This document shows positions 37,724-45,783 of a DNA stretch of 45,783 nucleotides, one piece after another. Below the pieces are notes generated by a model, which worked only from the letters and a program-made list of their open reading frames with translations, was not told the DNA's origin and made no database searches. This DNA comes from a bacterium. Its GTDB lineage: Bacteria; UBP15; UBA6099; JAJRTR01. The first letter of the stretch is position 1, and each line of letters starts with the position of its first letter. Both the position numbers and the translations under genes were made by a program. The DNA is taken from positions 1 to 45,783 of the forward strand of contig JAJRTR010000093.1 in assembly GCA_024278215.1 (NCBI GenBank), written 5' to 3'.

Positions 37724-39373
37724 TCAGCCCAATTTTACACGCACTATATGTCCGGTAGTCGATCCGCCCCCGGAAAGCATTTCACGCATCTTTCCGAAGA
37801 CACCCGTCTGCTCGAAAAAGTCGTATGGATAAAGCGAATAGGCTGCCGACATCGTCATCGGAACCTCCTCGCATATCTGTGTAAGACTCTCATTTATGTC
37901 GGCGAGAATCCGCTCGGCCAACGCCCTGATATCGCCCGGCGCATCGGGGATCAGTACAGCGAATTCGTCTGCGCCCACACGCCCGACATACTCCCTCGCG
38001 GCATGTTCCACCAGCCGCTCTCCGATCTCCTTCAGTATAATATCGCCGCGCTCGTAGCCCAGCTTCTCGTTGACCGCGGAAAATCTGTCCGTATCAAACA
38101 GGAAAAGCGCGAAACACGCGCCGTTCTTGTCGGCCTTCTGTATTTCCTTCGAAAGCAGCTTCTGGAACGAAGAGAAATTCCGCAGTGAGGTCACAGTGTC
38201 GATGTCCTGTTCCGAAGTCGCATCGCTCCGGGCCGAACCGCCAGCGAATATTGTCGTGATGTGTCCGGCCACCCGCCAGAGTATATCGAGGTCCGCTTCC
38301 GACATCCCACCGCCGTCGCGCCTGTCGCCTATCAGCAACACATCCGACACGTCACCGTCGCGAGACAGTGGCAGCAGGACAAAAGAATTGAGATCAAACC
38401 TCGTCAGCGTCGGGTCTCCAATCCGCGAGTCACCGGCAGCGTCCTCGATGAGAAGCGGTTCCGCGTCCGCCCTCAACTCCGCCACCAGCAGCTCGGGAAC
38501 CACAACCGCCGCCTTTACCATCCGCGGCGCGTCGCCACCGGGCTCGTAGTCGAACCTCAGACGATGCCCGGCGTCTTCCCATCTGCCCTGAAACACCTTG
38601 CCGTAACCAAGCACCTCCCCGATAGCGGCCACAATCAATTCGAGCTTCTCATTCTTTGTACACTCGCGGCCCGCATCATCCCTGATCCGCTGCATACCCT
38701 CGACTACATAATCGGTAACTTCATATACTGTGCTGTTCAGCGATTTTTCTTCTATTCCACACGCTATTTCCGACACCGTCATCACATCCGTCAGAAGTAT
38801 CATCGAAATAAAAGCGGCTCCGTATGCCGTATACATAAACACCATAACCGCAATCCCGGCCCTGCCGGGTCCGACCGGTGCAGCCGCCATCGACAACCCT
38901 GTCGCAAGCAACAGGAACACCATGGCCTGCACATAATAATGACGATCCGGAAGTTTCACGTACAGCACATAAGCGATAAAGAAAAGAAGCAGCACAAACG
39001 CAGGCGGCTTCATAAACTCCTCGCCGGGGGGCGCGATCAGCCCCATTCCGCTCACGGCGACTATAATGAGACAGACGGAAACAACCGCGACAACCAGCCA
39101 TTGCGCGACCCTGCGCCCGACGTCGTCATACCACACAAAACCGGCAAACCATGCTATGATCGCAAGGCTCTCCAGCGGCATCGTCGCCAGCGAACCCGGC
39201 GCCAACTCCTGCGGCGCCGCCCTGAAAAACCACACCAGAAAATACAGAACCGCACCCGCGCACAACGCCGGACAACGCCGGTTCCTTATTCGCACATAAT
39301 GCGCACACGTCAACACAATATGTAAACCCGCGAGGGCGAGATTCATGTAGTTGAAAAAATGAAGACCCGGCAT
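37724..39373 (-). CDS. Multi-TM sensor with GAF and degenerate GGDEF (GADEF) domain
   Basis: About 7 TM helices; GAF-like SFVLLPL; DTVTSLRN, FDTDRF, RVGADEF. Confidence 0.8.
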   Translation of the reverse strand: MPGLHFFNYMNLALAGLHIVLTCAHYVRIRNRRCPALCAGAVLYFLVWFFRAAPQELAPGSLATMPLESLAIIAWFAGFVWYDDVGRRVAQWLVVAVVSVCLIIVAVSGMGLIAPPGEEFMKPPAFVLLLFFIAYVLYVKLPDRHYYVQAMVFLLLATGLSMAAAPVGPGRAGIAVMVFMYTAYGAAFISMILLTDVMTVSEIACGIEEKSLNSTVYEVTDYVVEGMQRIRDDAGRECTKNEKLELIVAAIGEVLGYGKVFQGRWEDAGHRLRFDYEPGGDAPRMVKAAVVVPELLVAELRADAEPLLIEDAAGDSRIGDPTLTRFDLNSFVLLPLSRDGDVSDVLLIGDRRDGGGMSEADLDILWRVAGHITTIFAGGSARSDATSEQDIDTVTSLRNFSSFQKLLSKEIQKADKNGACFALFLFDTDRFSAVNEKLGYERGDIILKEIGERLVEHAAREYVGRVGADEFAVLIPDAPGDIRALAERILADINESLTQICEEVPMTMSAAYSLYPYDFFEQTGVFGKMREMLSGGGSTTGHIVRVKLG

Positions 39374-39500
39374 AATCAGCCCTTACCGCATTCTTCCTAT
39401 ATAATTAATGTACTATATATTTAACTTCCTTTTGACTTAATATATTATCCACAACAGTTATGTTCTTATTACAAAAAAATTAAAAATATTCATTACGCAC

Positions 39501-39678
39501 GAGCCAATTGCAAAATTGTATTCGTAGCGAGGTCGAGCGAAATTGTTCAGAGTATGGCGTAGGTGTATAATCTTCGCAGTCGTACTTGTAAAGTACGTCG
39601 AGGACGATTTTGCACCGACTACGCAGCTATGGGCAATAGCAGCCAACCGCAGCAGAATCATAATTTTGCAATTGGCTC
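39501..39678 (+). mobile_element. MITE-like palindromic element, copy 5 (178 bp)
   Basis: Perfect 17-bp TIRs; flanks GCAC and ACAT (no 4-bp TSD). Confidence 0.9.
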
Positions 39679-39784
39679 ACATAACGTGATTTCGCTCACA
39701 AAAAGCCTGAATTTCTCCGAAACAGGTTGATAAATCACTGAGTATGCACCACAATTATAAGGCGAGAGGAGAATTACCCCTGTC

Positions 39785-40480
39785 TTGAATAACAGCGACT
39801 TTGAACCCGTCAGGGTGTGGCGAAGGATACACCGACCCGAAGATTACGCGGCAGATGCCGCGAAGTTTGTAGCCCGCGAGATACATATTCCCTTCATTTT
39901 TCTCAAGCCATTCGTCCCCATAGCCAGAAAAATCCTTGCAGGCTGGGACGACGCCGCCATCGAAACTACCGCTCTATATGAAACCCCCGAAGGCAAACGC
40001 ACACTTAGAACATTCTTCCTGATAACAGACTACTCCAACGACGCGGTCTACGGAATGATCGAGAGAATACTTAAACGCATGGGTGTCGGCGCGCGCCTCT
40101 CCCGGAACGACGAAACAGATTTCGCATGGGTTCTCCTCGGCGGCGTGCTCACGGATTATGCCGAAAGCGCGGGGGTATGCAAAAGAACGACCCGCCGCCT
40201 CAACGAGTTCAGACTACCACTCTCCGACTACTTCACCGCTACCACCTGGGAGACGGAATATGTCGAGATCACCAACCTGCGCACCGGAAGAGTGGAAAGA
40301 ATGTACATTCCGGCACGTGATATTTGCACTATAATCAACTGGTCCGTGAACTTCGAAGAGCAAATCTCCTGCTGTAAATCAAAGACCATCGAAAAAGGAA
40401 CCACCGAATATCACGAATTTCTCAAACTGAATGCAAAATACCACGAAATGAAACTGTATCGGCCAGCCGCAAATCTTTAA
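39785..40480 (+). CDS. Hypothetical protein
   Basis: 231-aa ORF, TTG start, GAGGAG upstream. Confidence 0.65.
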   Translation: MNNSDFEPVRVWRRIHRPEDYAADAAKFVAREIHIPFIFLKPFVPIARKILAGWDDAAIETTALYETPEGKRTLRTFFLITDYSNDAVYGMIERILKRMGVGARLSRNDETDFAWVLLGGVLTDYAESAGVCKRTTRRLNEFRLPLSDYFTATTWETEYVEITNLRTGRVERMYIPARDICTIINWSVNFEEQISCCKSKTIEKGTTEYHEFLKLNAKYHEMKLYRPAANL

Positions 40481-40679
40481 TTTATTTAATTTTATCCTTA
40501 ATTATCTTAATTTCCTTAATCTTTTCTCTCCCACCCACAAATAGTTATTTCAAACTCTTTTGTAAAAAAACACGCAGAACAACAGGGCTTTTTAACATAT
40601 GCAGCATGCAAGACAACATCGCAATAATACATATTATCAAGGTGTTCTTGAATATTATTAATATATTTTTAAAAAACAC

Positions 40680-40707
40680 TTGACATTTCTCATAATTGTG
40701 TTAGAAT
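40680..40707 (+). promoter_or_regulatory. Sigma70-type promoter of the phasin-like pair
   Basis: TTGACA-N16-TAGAAT with TG extension. Confidence 0.65.
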
Positions 40708-40760
40708 CTTAAACATCACAGCAAATCACTGTGAAAGAAAAAGAAAAGGAGAAAAACAAC

Positions 40761-41138
40761 ATGGCACTGGAAATCGACAAACTGGGATACGCAGGCATCG
40801 GCCTCGTAGCAAAGATGCAGGACCTCATCGAGGACTTCATAGAAGGCCGCGACGATGAAGAGGTCGACGCAGAAGTCGCAGAAGAGGAAGAAGAAAAGAA
40901 CTTCCAGGAAAAATTCGACGCGCTCGTCGAGCTCGGTGAAGAACGCTACGACGAATGGATCGAAAAAAGCAAGGAAGAAAAAGAAAAGATCACCGACAAG
41001 ATCAGTGAACGCACAAGCAAGGTTTTCTCAGAAATCGGCCTCGTGACAAAAGAAGACATAGAAGAACTCGAAGCCAAGATCGCCAAGCTTCAGCGCGCGG
41101 TGAAAAAAGCAGCGGCGTCCGCCAAAAAGGATGCGTAA
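40761..41138 (+). CDS. Phasin-like (PHA granule-associated) protein, copy 1
   Basis: YAGIGL...LVELGE...GLVTKEDIEELEAKIAKL; AAGGAG RBS before ATG 40761. Confidence 0.75.
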   Translation: MALEIDKLGYAGIGLVAKMQDLIEDFIEGRDDEEVDAEVAEEEEEKNFQEKFDALVELGEERYDEWIEKSKEEKEKITDKISERTSKVFSEIGLVTKEDIEELEAKIAKLQRAVKKAAASAKKDA

Positions 41139-41288
41139 GTTTCCAGGAAGGTTATGATGCAGAGTAGTAGCTGAAAGAAACCCGAGACAGCGTTTCCGGG
41201 GGGCTACCCCCCGGGAACGCCGGGAACTCAAATTGTTAAAGGGGCGGAAAAAACCAGAACGTCCGCTCCGGAAGAAAGGGGAAATATA

Positions 41289-41663
41289 ATGGCACTGGAA
41301 ATCGACAAACTGGGATATGCGGGAATAGGACTACTGGCGAAAATGCAGGACTTGATCGAAGACTTCATCGAAGGTCGCGACGATGAAGAGGTCGAGGAAG
41401 AAGCCGTCGAAGAAAACGAAGACAAAAACTTGAAGGAAAAGTTTGAGGATCTCGTCGAACTCGGTGAAGAACGCTACGACGAATGGCTCGACAAGGGCAA
41501 GGACGAAAGAGAAAAAGTTACCGACAAGTTCAGAGAACGCACAAACAAAGTCTTCTCCGAGATGGGACTTGTGACCAGGGAAGACATCGAGGAACTCGAA
41601 GCCAAGATCGCCAAGCTCCAGCGTGCGATCAAAAAAGCAACGGCAACAAAGAAAAAATCATAA
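41289..41663 (+). CDS. Phasin-like protein, copy 2 (tandem paralog)
   Basis: First 35 aa differ from copy 1 at one position; collinear throughout. Confidence 0.75.
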   Translation: MALEIDKLGYAGIGLLAKMQDLIEDFIEGRDDEEVEEEAVEENEDKNLKEKFEDLVELGEERYDEWLDKGKDEREKVTDKFRERTNKVFSEMGLVTREDIEELEAKIAKLQRAIKKATATKKKS

Positions 41664-41689
41664 TCCGCAAACAGCAGGATTTGTTACCA

Positions 41690-41716
41690 TAAAAAAGCTC
41701 CTTCGGGGGCTTTTTT
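41690..41716. terminator. Bidirectional intrinsic terminator
   Basis: A-tract, GCTCC-TTCG-GGGGC stem-loop, TTTTTT, between convergent genes. Confidence 0.85.
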
Positions 41717-41770
41717 GGGGTTTGGGCGCGATGGAGGGTCGGAATTATTGTGAATATCAACCGTGTGGTT

Positions 41771-43177
41771 TCAACTGTCGGGAGTGCCCGGGTCCGAGCC
41801 GCCCGGATCACCGGAACTTACCGGCTCGATTGTTACATTGAGTGCGGTCGATCCGAGGTTGCCCTGCGAATCTTCGACTGAAACATTCAGGGTTCCATTC
41901 TCTGTGGTTGTTATGTCCCAGAAATTTTCGAGCACGTAAAGATAGCCGTTCGTGTCGTCGATAACCATTCCGACCGGATCGGCGGCAAGGCTGATTGTCG
42001 ATAGCAACGCGCCGGAAGAAGCGTCGATTGATGAAACGGAGTCCACTCCTTTGTTGAGAGAGAAAACACGAGCGGCGGACTGGGCGACGGCGACGGACAA
42101 CGGCTGGTCGCCCACAGTGCGCTCCGCGATGGCGCTTCCATTTGACAGATCATAGATTACTACTTTGTCGTCACCGTAATATGATGCGGACATCCTGTTC
42201 CCGGCGCTGTCACAGGCGATAGACTCGGGGAACGAATCGAGCGAGACAAGTTTTGTGTCGGCACCTGCTCCGTAGAGATATATCCCCCTGTCGGCACCGG
42301 TTCCGCCGGCGTAATAAAGGTTCCCTGTGGCTGTCGTGCCTGCTTCGACAAGCTGCGGCAAATGCTGAAGCGTGCCCGAGCTTACACTTTCAGCGGAACA
42401 GTCGATTATTGAAAGGTCTTTAGACGGATTCGCGAAAATAGCGTATGCGATGGATGTTTGCTTGTTGATGACCATGGCGTGAGGTTCGGCGCCAAGCCCC
42501 GGGGTCGCCAGAAGGTCGCCTGTGGAAACTGAATATATCTGCAATGTGCTGCTGTCTTTCGAAGCGACTATCACCTTGCCGTCTGCGGGGCAGGTTCTGA
42601 TTATTTCAGGACTTGCCGATAGTGACACTTCCCTTATGGTCGCCCCGCTTGTTGAATTGATGAAAATAAGTTTGTTGCGGGAGTTGGAGGCGACAATGAG
42701 TGTGCCGGACGGAATATCTATGTCAATAAGGTTGAGCAGAGCTGAAGCGCCGCCGGACGCGCCGAATATCCTGTAGTTTGTAATCAGCGCTCCTGTGCTC
42801 ACGTTATACTTTGCGGCAATCGTCCAGTATAGCGGTGATATATCGGAACTTGTGGATGCCGAAGAAGCGGACGCATTGAGAAGGTCGGCAAGATCGAAAC
42901 TGGTGTTTCTGAACGTAAACGTGCTCTTCGCCGAGGAAGAGTTTATACCGTCCGGGTCGGAATATGAAAAGGAGATTGAGGCGGGGAGTGCGTTTTCTTT
43001 GTAAGAAACAGAGCCTGAAGATGCAGGCGATGTGAAAGTGACAACCGGGGCCGCCCCCGCGCTGCCGCCGCCGGTCGTGTCACCGCCACCGCCACCTCCG
43101 CCACCGCCGCAACCCGGAACGCATATTACTATCGAGATGATGAATGTCAAAACAACGAACTGAACGAGTTTCTTCAT
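41771..43177 (-). CDS. Lipoprotein with YncE/YVTN-like beta-propeller
   Basis: VPGC plus poly-Gly linker; repeated blades such as VGDQPLSVAV, LGAEPHAMVI, LAADPVGMVI. Confidence 0.8.
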   Translation of the reverse strand: MKKLVQFVVLTFIISIVICVPGCGGGGGGGGGDTTGGGSAGAAPVVTFTSPASSGSVSYKENALPASISFSYSDPDGINSSSAKSTFTFRNTSFDLADLLNASASSASTSSDISPLYWTIAAKYNVSTGALITNYRIFGASGGASALLNLIDIDIPSGTLIVASNSRNKLIFINSTSGATIREVSLSASPEIIRTCPADGKVIVASKDSSTLQIYSVSTGDLLATPGLGAEPHAMVINKQTSIAYAIFANPSKDLSIIDCSAESVSSGTLQHLPQLVEAGTTATGNLYYAGGTGADRGIYLYGAGADTKLVSLDSFPESIACDSAGNRMSASYYGDDKVVIYDLSNGSAIAERTVGDQPLSVAVAQSAARVFSLNKGVDSVSSIDASSGALLSTISLAADPVGMVIDDTNGYLYVLENFWDITTTENGTLNVSVEDSQGNLGSTALNVTIEPVSSGDPGGSDPGTPDS

Positions 43178-43313
43178 TTTTCAATATTCTTTGATAGAAA
43201 GATTTTAAGCCGTTTTTTTCTGTAAGCGACAATGTGTTGCCGATAAATAAGATAGCAACTGTCGTTTATCACCTGTTTGGTTCCGGCTTAAGCCGTCGAT
43301 CAATTATTCCCCG

Positions 43314-45560
43314 TCAATTACAGCCATCCGGCGGACACGGCGCCTGTATGGGATCGAGAACCACGGAAATCGTCCCGACGGCACTGCCGGAAGTTGCGGT
43401 GACGACCGCTGTGCCGGGACTTGTCGGCGAGGTGTAAGTGACAGTAACCTTGCCTTCGTCATTCGTTTCCGTCACATCCGGCGAAATGCCTCCCGTGTCC
43501 ACCGAAAAACTCACCTGTATCTCACTTGCGACAATAAAACCCGAACTGTCCTTTACGGTGCCGTAGACTTCTGTTGTCTCTTCACCGTCGGCGTCGATGC
43601 TTGATTTCGCAAGCGATAGCTCGATTTCATAAGGTATTCTGGAAAGTCTCAGGAATGTGTTTTCGTCGATAATTTCCTGTAGTTTCCATTGACCTTCGGT
43701 GTACTCGAAAGTGAACGCGGCGTAGAAATTGTCATTCGACTTATTCGCGACTTCGTACCAGTAGAAGTCGACAGTGCCTCTTTTTGTGATCCGCGAAGCG
43801 TCGAGTTGTTCTATCGTGTAATAAATCTGCCGCCGTCCGGTATCGAAAACAATATTTACGGAACTCTCGAATTCGGTATAGTCACGCAGCCCCTCGATGT
43901 TTGTCGAGAAATCCTGCGAGATCGCCTGATTGAGAGTGCTTCGATCCATATCGTTGAAGGCACGCATGAATGCTTCAAAAGTATCTTTGAGCATCTCCGG
44001 GTCCGTCCTGTAATCGTATTTAAAGGTGTATGGTTCGAACTGTTCCTCGGATGTGTTGCCCATGACATCGACGGCGCGAACCTTTATCGAGTAATTCTCC
44101 AGGTCGTTCGGCCTGTAGCTGTAAGTCCAGGCGGTTGTACCGTTCGCGGTGTTCCAGCCTATACCGTTGTCCACCGAGACTTCGACTTTGTCGATCCCCG
44201 AAAGGTCAGCCGGCAGGGTAACCGATCCGAGGTCATGTTCATTGTCGTCGGTGTCTTTCGCGACAAAGCCGATAGTATATGTTTTCATATTCTGCGGTGC
44301 CACGGCCTGGCCGGAGATCACAATTTTACTGGAGATGAGGTCTTCCCTGTTCAGAATTGATCCCTCTTCGAGGAACTGCTCGGCCGCCTTGTCGCAAATA
44401 GTTATGTTGGAAATCACGGGTACATCGGCGAAGTCCTGAGTGATTTTGAGTTCATAGCTGAAACTGCTGATGCCGTCGAGTTGAGTTTCCTCGTCGTCGA
44501 CTTTGATAAATAGCCGCCACTGGTCGGCTTCGGATGTTGAAGCGGTCCCTGTGATCTTAAGAATTTTCGAATCCGTATCGATGTTCTCGGTGGTGACGTT
44601 CACTGTGTCGCCCGGAGAGGCCTTCACGCCGCCGAAGCTGAGCGAAGTTATTTTCGGCACATCCGACGTTTTCTTTGTTACAGAAACTGTTGTTCCGAAA
44701 CTGAGGTTTTTCTGCGTAACGGTTTTCTTCTTGTCGAACACCTGGATGTTGCCCTGCGCCTGCTCCTGCTCCTGCGCCTGCGTGAGGCCCTTGGCGATTG
44801 CCTGCCCCTCGGGAGTTTCTTCGCCATCCTGGAGAAGCACAACTCTTGTTTTGTTCCAGTATTCATCCGACGGCGTGATATCCGGGACCACCTTGCCGCC
44901 TTTCATCTTGAAACCGGGCATGTCGGGGGTCGGCTTCTCCTTGCTGTAAAGGTCGATGTCGTCCTGCGTAAGTTCGGATACCTCTCCGGTCTCCCCTCCG
45001 GGGCCGAGTTCGAGCATAGCGCCCGCAGGTATATTAACAGGCTCGGGCGCGCCCGTCGGCTGCACCTTCATTTCGCCGGTGATCGACGCGACTACCGAGT
45101 ACTTGTCCTCGTCGAGCATCGCATAGCTGCGACCGTCACAGTATATTGTCTGTCCCGGAAGAATGATTTTCGTCGGCCCGCCTACGACAAGCATCTCGCC
45201 CAGCAGCAACTCGGGGCTGATTGTATATCCGCCGTCCTCTTTTTTCTCTCCCACCAATCGCACAGAGGAAAATGGGTAAATAATCATGGTGAAATCGCCA
45301 AGATCAAAATATATCGTCTCGTCTTTTGTGGCAACCGTATCCCCTAATTTTATGTCGGCTTTTTTACCGCCTGCAAAATCAATAATCGGGTTCTTCGATT
45401 GCCATGTCTTCTGATTGTTTTCCCGGACATATATCCCCGGGTCTTTTTTGCTTTCTTCCTGCGCCGTGCATGTCACATACAAAAACAACACCGGCAGCAT
45501 CAACAGAAGTAACATTCCGACCGGACCCTGTTGATTGTTTTTCCGGTTATTCCTGCTCAT
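43314..45560 (-). CDS. Large exported acidic protein: FecR-like N-terminus, Ig-like domains, C-terminal Big_1/invasin-like domain
   Basis: Signal peptide; LGDTVAT; KVEVSVDNG...VRAVDVMGN; SIDADG...TNDEGKVTVTYTS...VTATSG. Confidence 0.75.
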   Translation of the reverse strand: MSRNNRKNNQQGPVGMLLLLMLPVLFLYVTCTAQEESKKDPGIYVRENNQKTWQSKNPIIDFAGGKKADIKLGDTVATKDETIYFDLGDFTMIIYPFSSVRLVGEKKEDGGYTISPELLLGEMLVVGGPTKIILPGQTIYCDGRSYAMLDEDKYSVVASITGEMKVQPTGAPEPVNIPAGAMLELGPGGETGEVSELTQDDIDLYSKEKPTPDMPGFKMKGGKVVPDITPSDEYWNKTRVVLLQDGEETPEGQAIAKGLTQAQEQEQAQGNIQVFDKKKTVTQKNLSFGTTVSVTKKTSDVPKITSLSFGGVKASPGDTVNVTTENIDTDSKILKITGTASTSEADQWRLFIKVDDEETQLDGISSFSYELKITQDFADVPVISNITICDKAAEQFLEEGSILNREDLISSKIVISGQAVAPQNMKTYTIGFVAKDTDDNEHDLGSVTLPADLSGIDKVEVSVDNGIGWNTANGTTAWTYSYRPNDLENYSIKVRAVDVMGNTSEEQFEPYTFKYDYRTDPEMLKDTFEAFMRAFNDMDRSTLNQAISQDFSTNIEGLRDYTEFESSVNIVFDTGRRQIYYTIEQLDASRITKRGTVDFYWYEVANKSNDNFYAAFTFEYTEGQWKLQEIIDENTFLRLSRIPYEIELSLAKSSIDADGEETTEVYGTVKDSSGFIVASEIQVSFSVDTGGISPDVTETNDEGKVTVTYTSPTSPGTAVVTATSGSAVGTISVVLDPIQAPCPPDGCN

Positions 45561-45642
45561 GTTATCTCCCTTCGTCCCCGACTCATCCAGCGATACCGGC
45601 CAACGAGTCTTTCAAGGGAAAACACTTTTGTTTTTTTCCCAT

Positions 45643-45783
45643 GAGCCAATTGCAAAATTCTGATTCTGCTGCGGTCGGCTGCTATTGTCCATAGCTGCGT
45701 TGTCGGCACAAAATCGTCCTCGACGTACTCTACAAGTACGCCTGCGAGGATTTTATACCTCCGCCTTGCTCCGAACAATTTCG
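45643..45783 (-). mobile_element. MITE-like palindromic element, copy 6 (inverted, cut off by window end)
   Basis: TIR GAGCCAATTGCAAAATT at 45643; body near-identical to copy 3. Confidence 0.9.

Noticed and set aside
43220-43246. Sigma-28 promoter (GCCGATAA)
   Set aside because: No TAAA at the proper spacing, and it faces antisense to the flanking genes
45557-45778. Recurrent peptides such as LAGVLVEYVEDDF and HSCVVG (also ORFs 2085-2384, 17729-18022, 39458-39661)
   Set aside because: They are translations of the repeat in different frames, with no RBS, variable ends and a frameshift in copy 4; not a gene family
1-45783. CRISPR array, integron attC array, tRNA or rRNA
   Set aside because: Repeats are dispersed, in both orientations and carry TSDs; no repeat-spacer periodicity, cas or intI genes, or cloverleaf seen

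Overview
Bacterial chromosomal segment with GC-rich coding regions and AT-rich spacers; probably a whole contig, because both ends break inside the same repeat. It holds about 38 CDS: housekeeping and metabolic genes (leuS, ispG, dusB, mobB, larC, thiolase, acyl-CoA dehydrogenase, a ferredoxin missing from the ORF track), signalling genes (substrate-binding protein plus class III adenylate cyclase, degenerate GGDEF protein, RpoD-like alternative sigma factor), envelope and surface proteins (DUF2723-TPR, Ig-like and beta-propeller proteins) and a tandem phasin-like duplication. I found no rRNA, tRNA, CRISPR array, integrase or transposase. The most striking non-coding signal is a ~178-bp non-autonomous element present six times. 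It has 17-bp terminal inverted repeats (GAGCCAATTGCAAAATT) and 4-bp target-site duplications at three of the four complete copies. It can fold end to end into one rod-like hairpin, and differences between copies mostly preserve pairing, including G-U pairs on one strand. All four complete copies lie between divergently transcribed genes. Several unrelated REP-like palindromes and a 23-bp direct repeat bracketing a molybdate-transporter gene are also present. All product calls come from motif recognition by eye, not from database searches.
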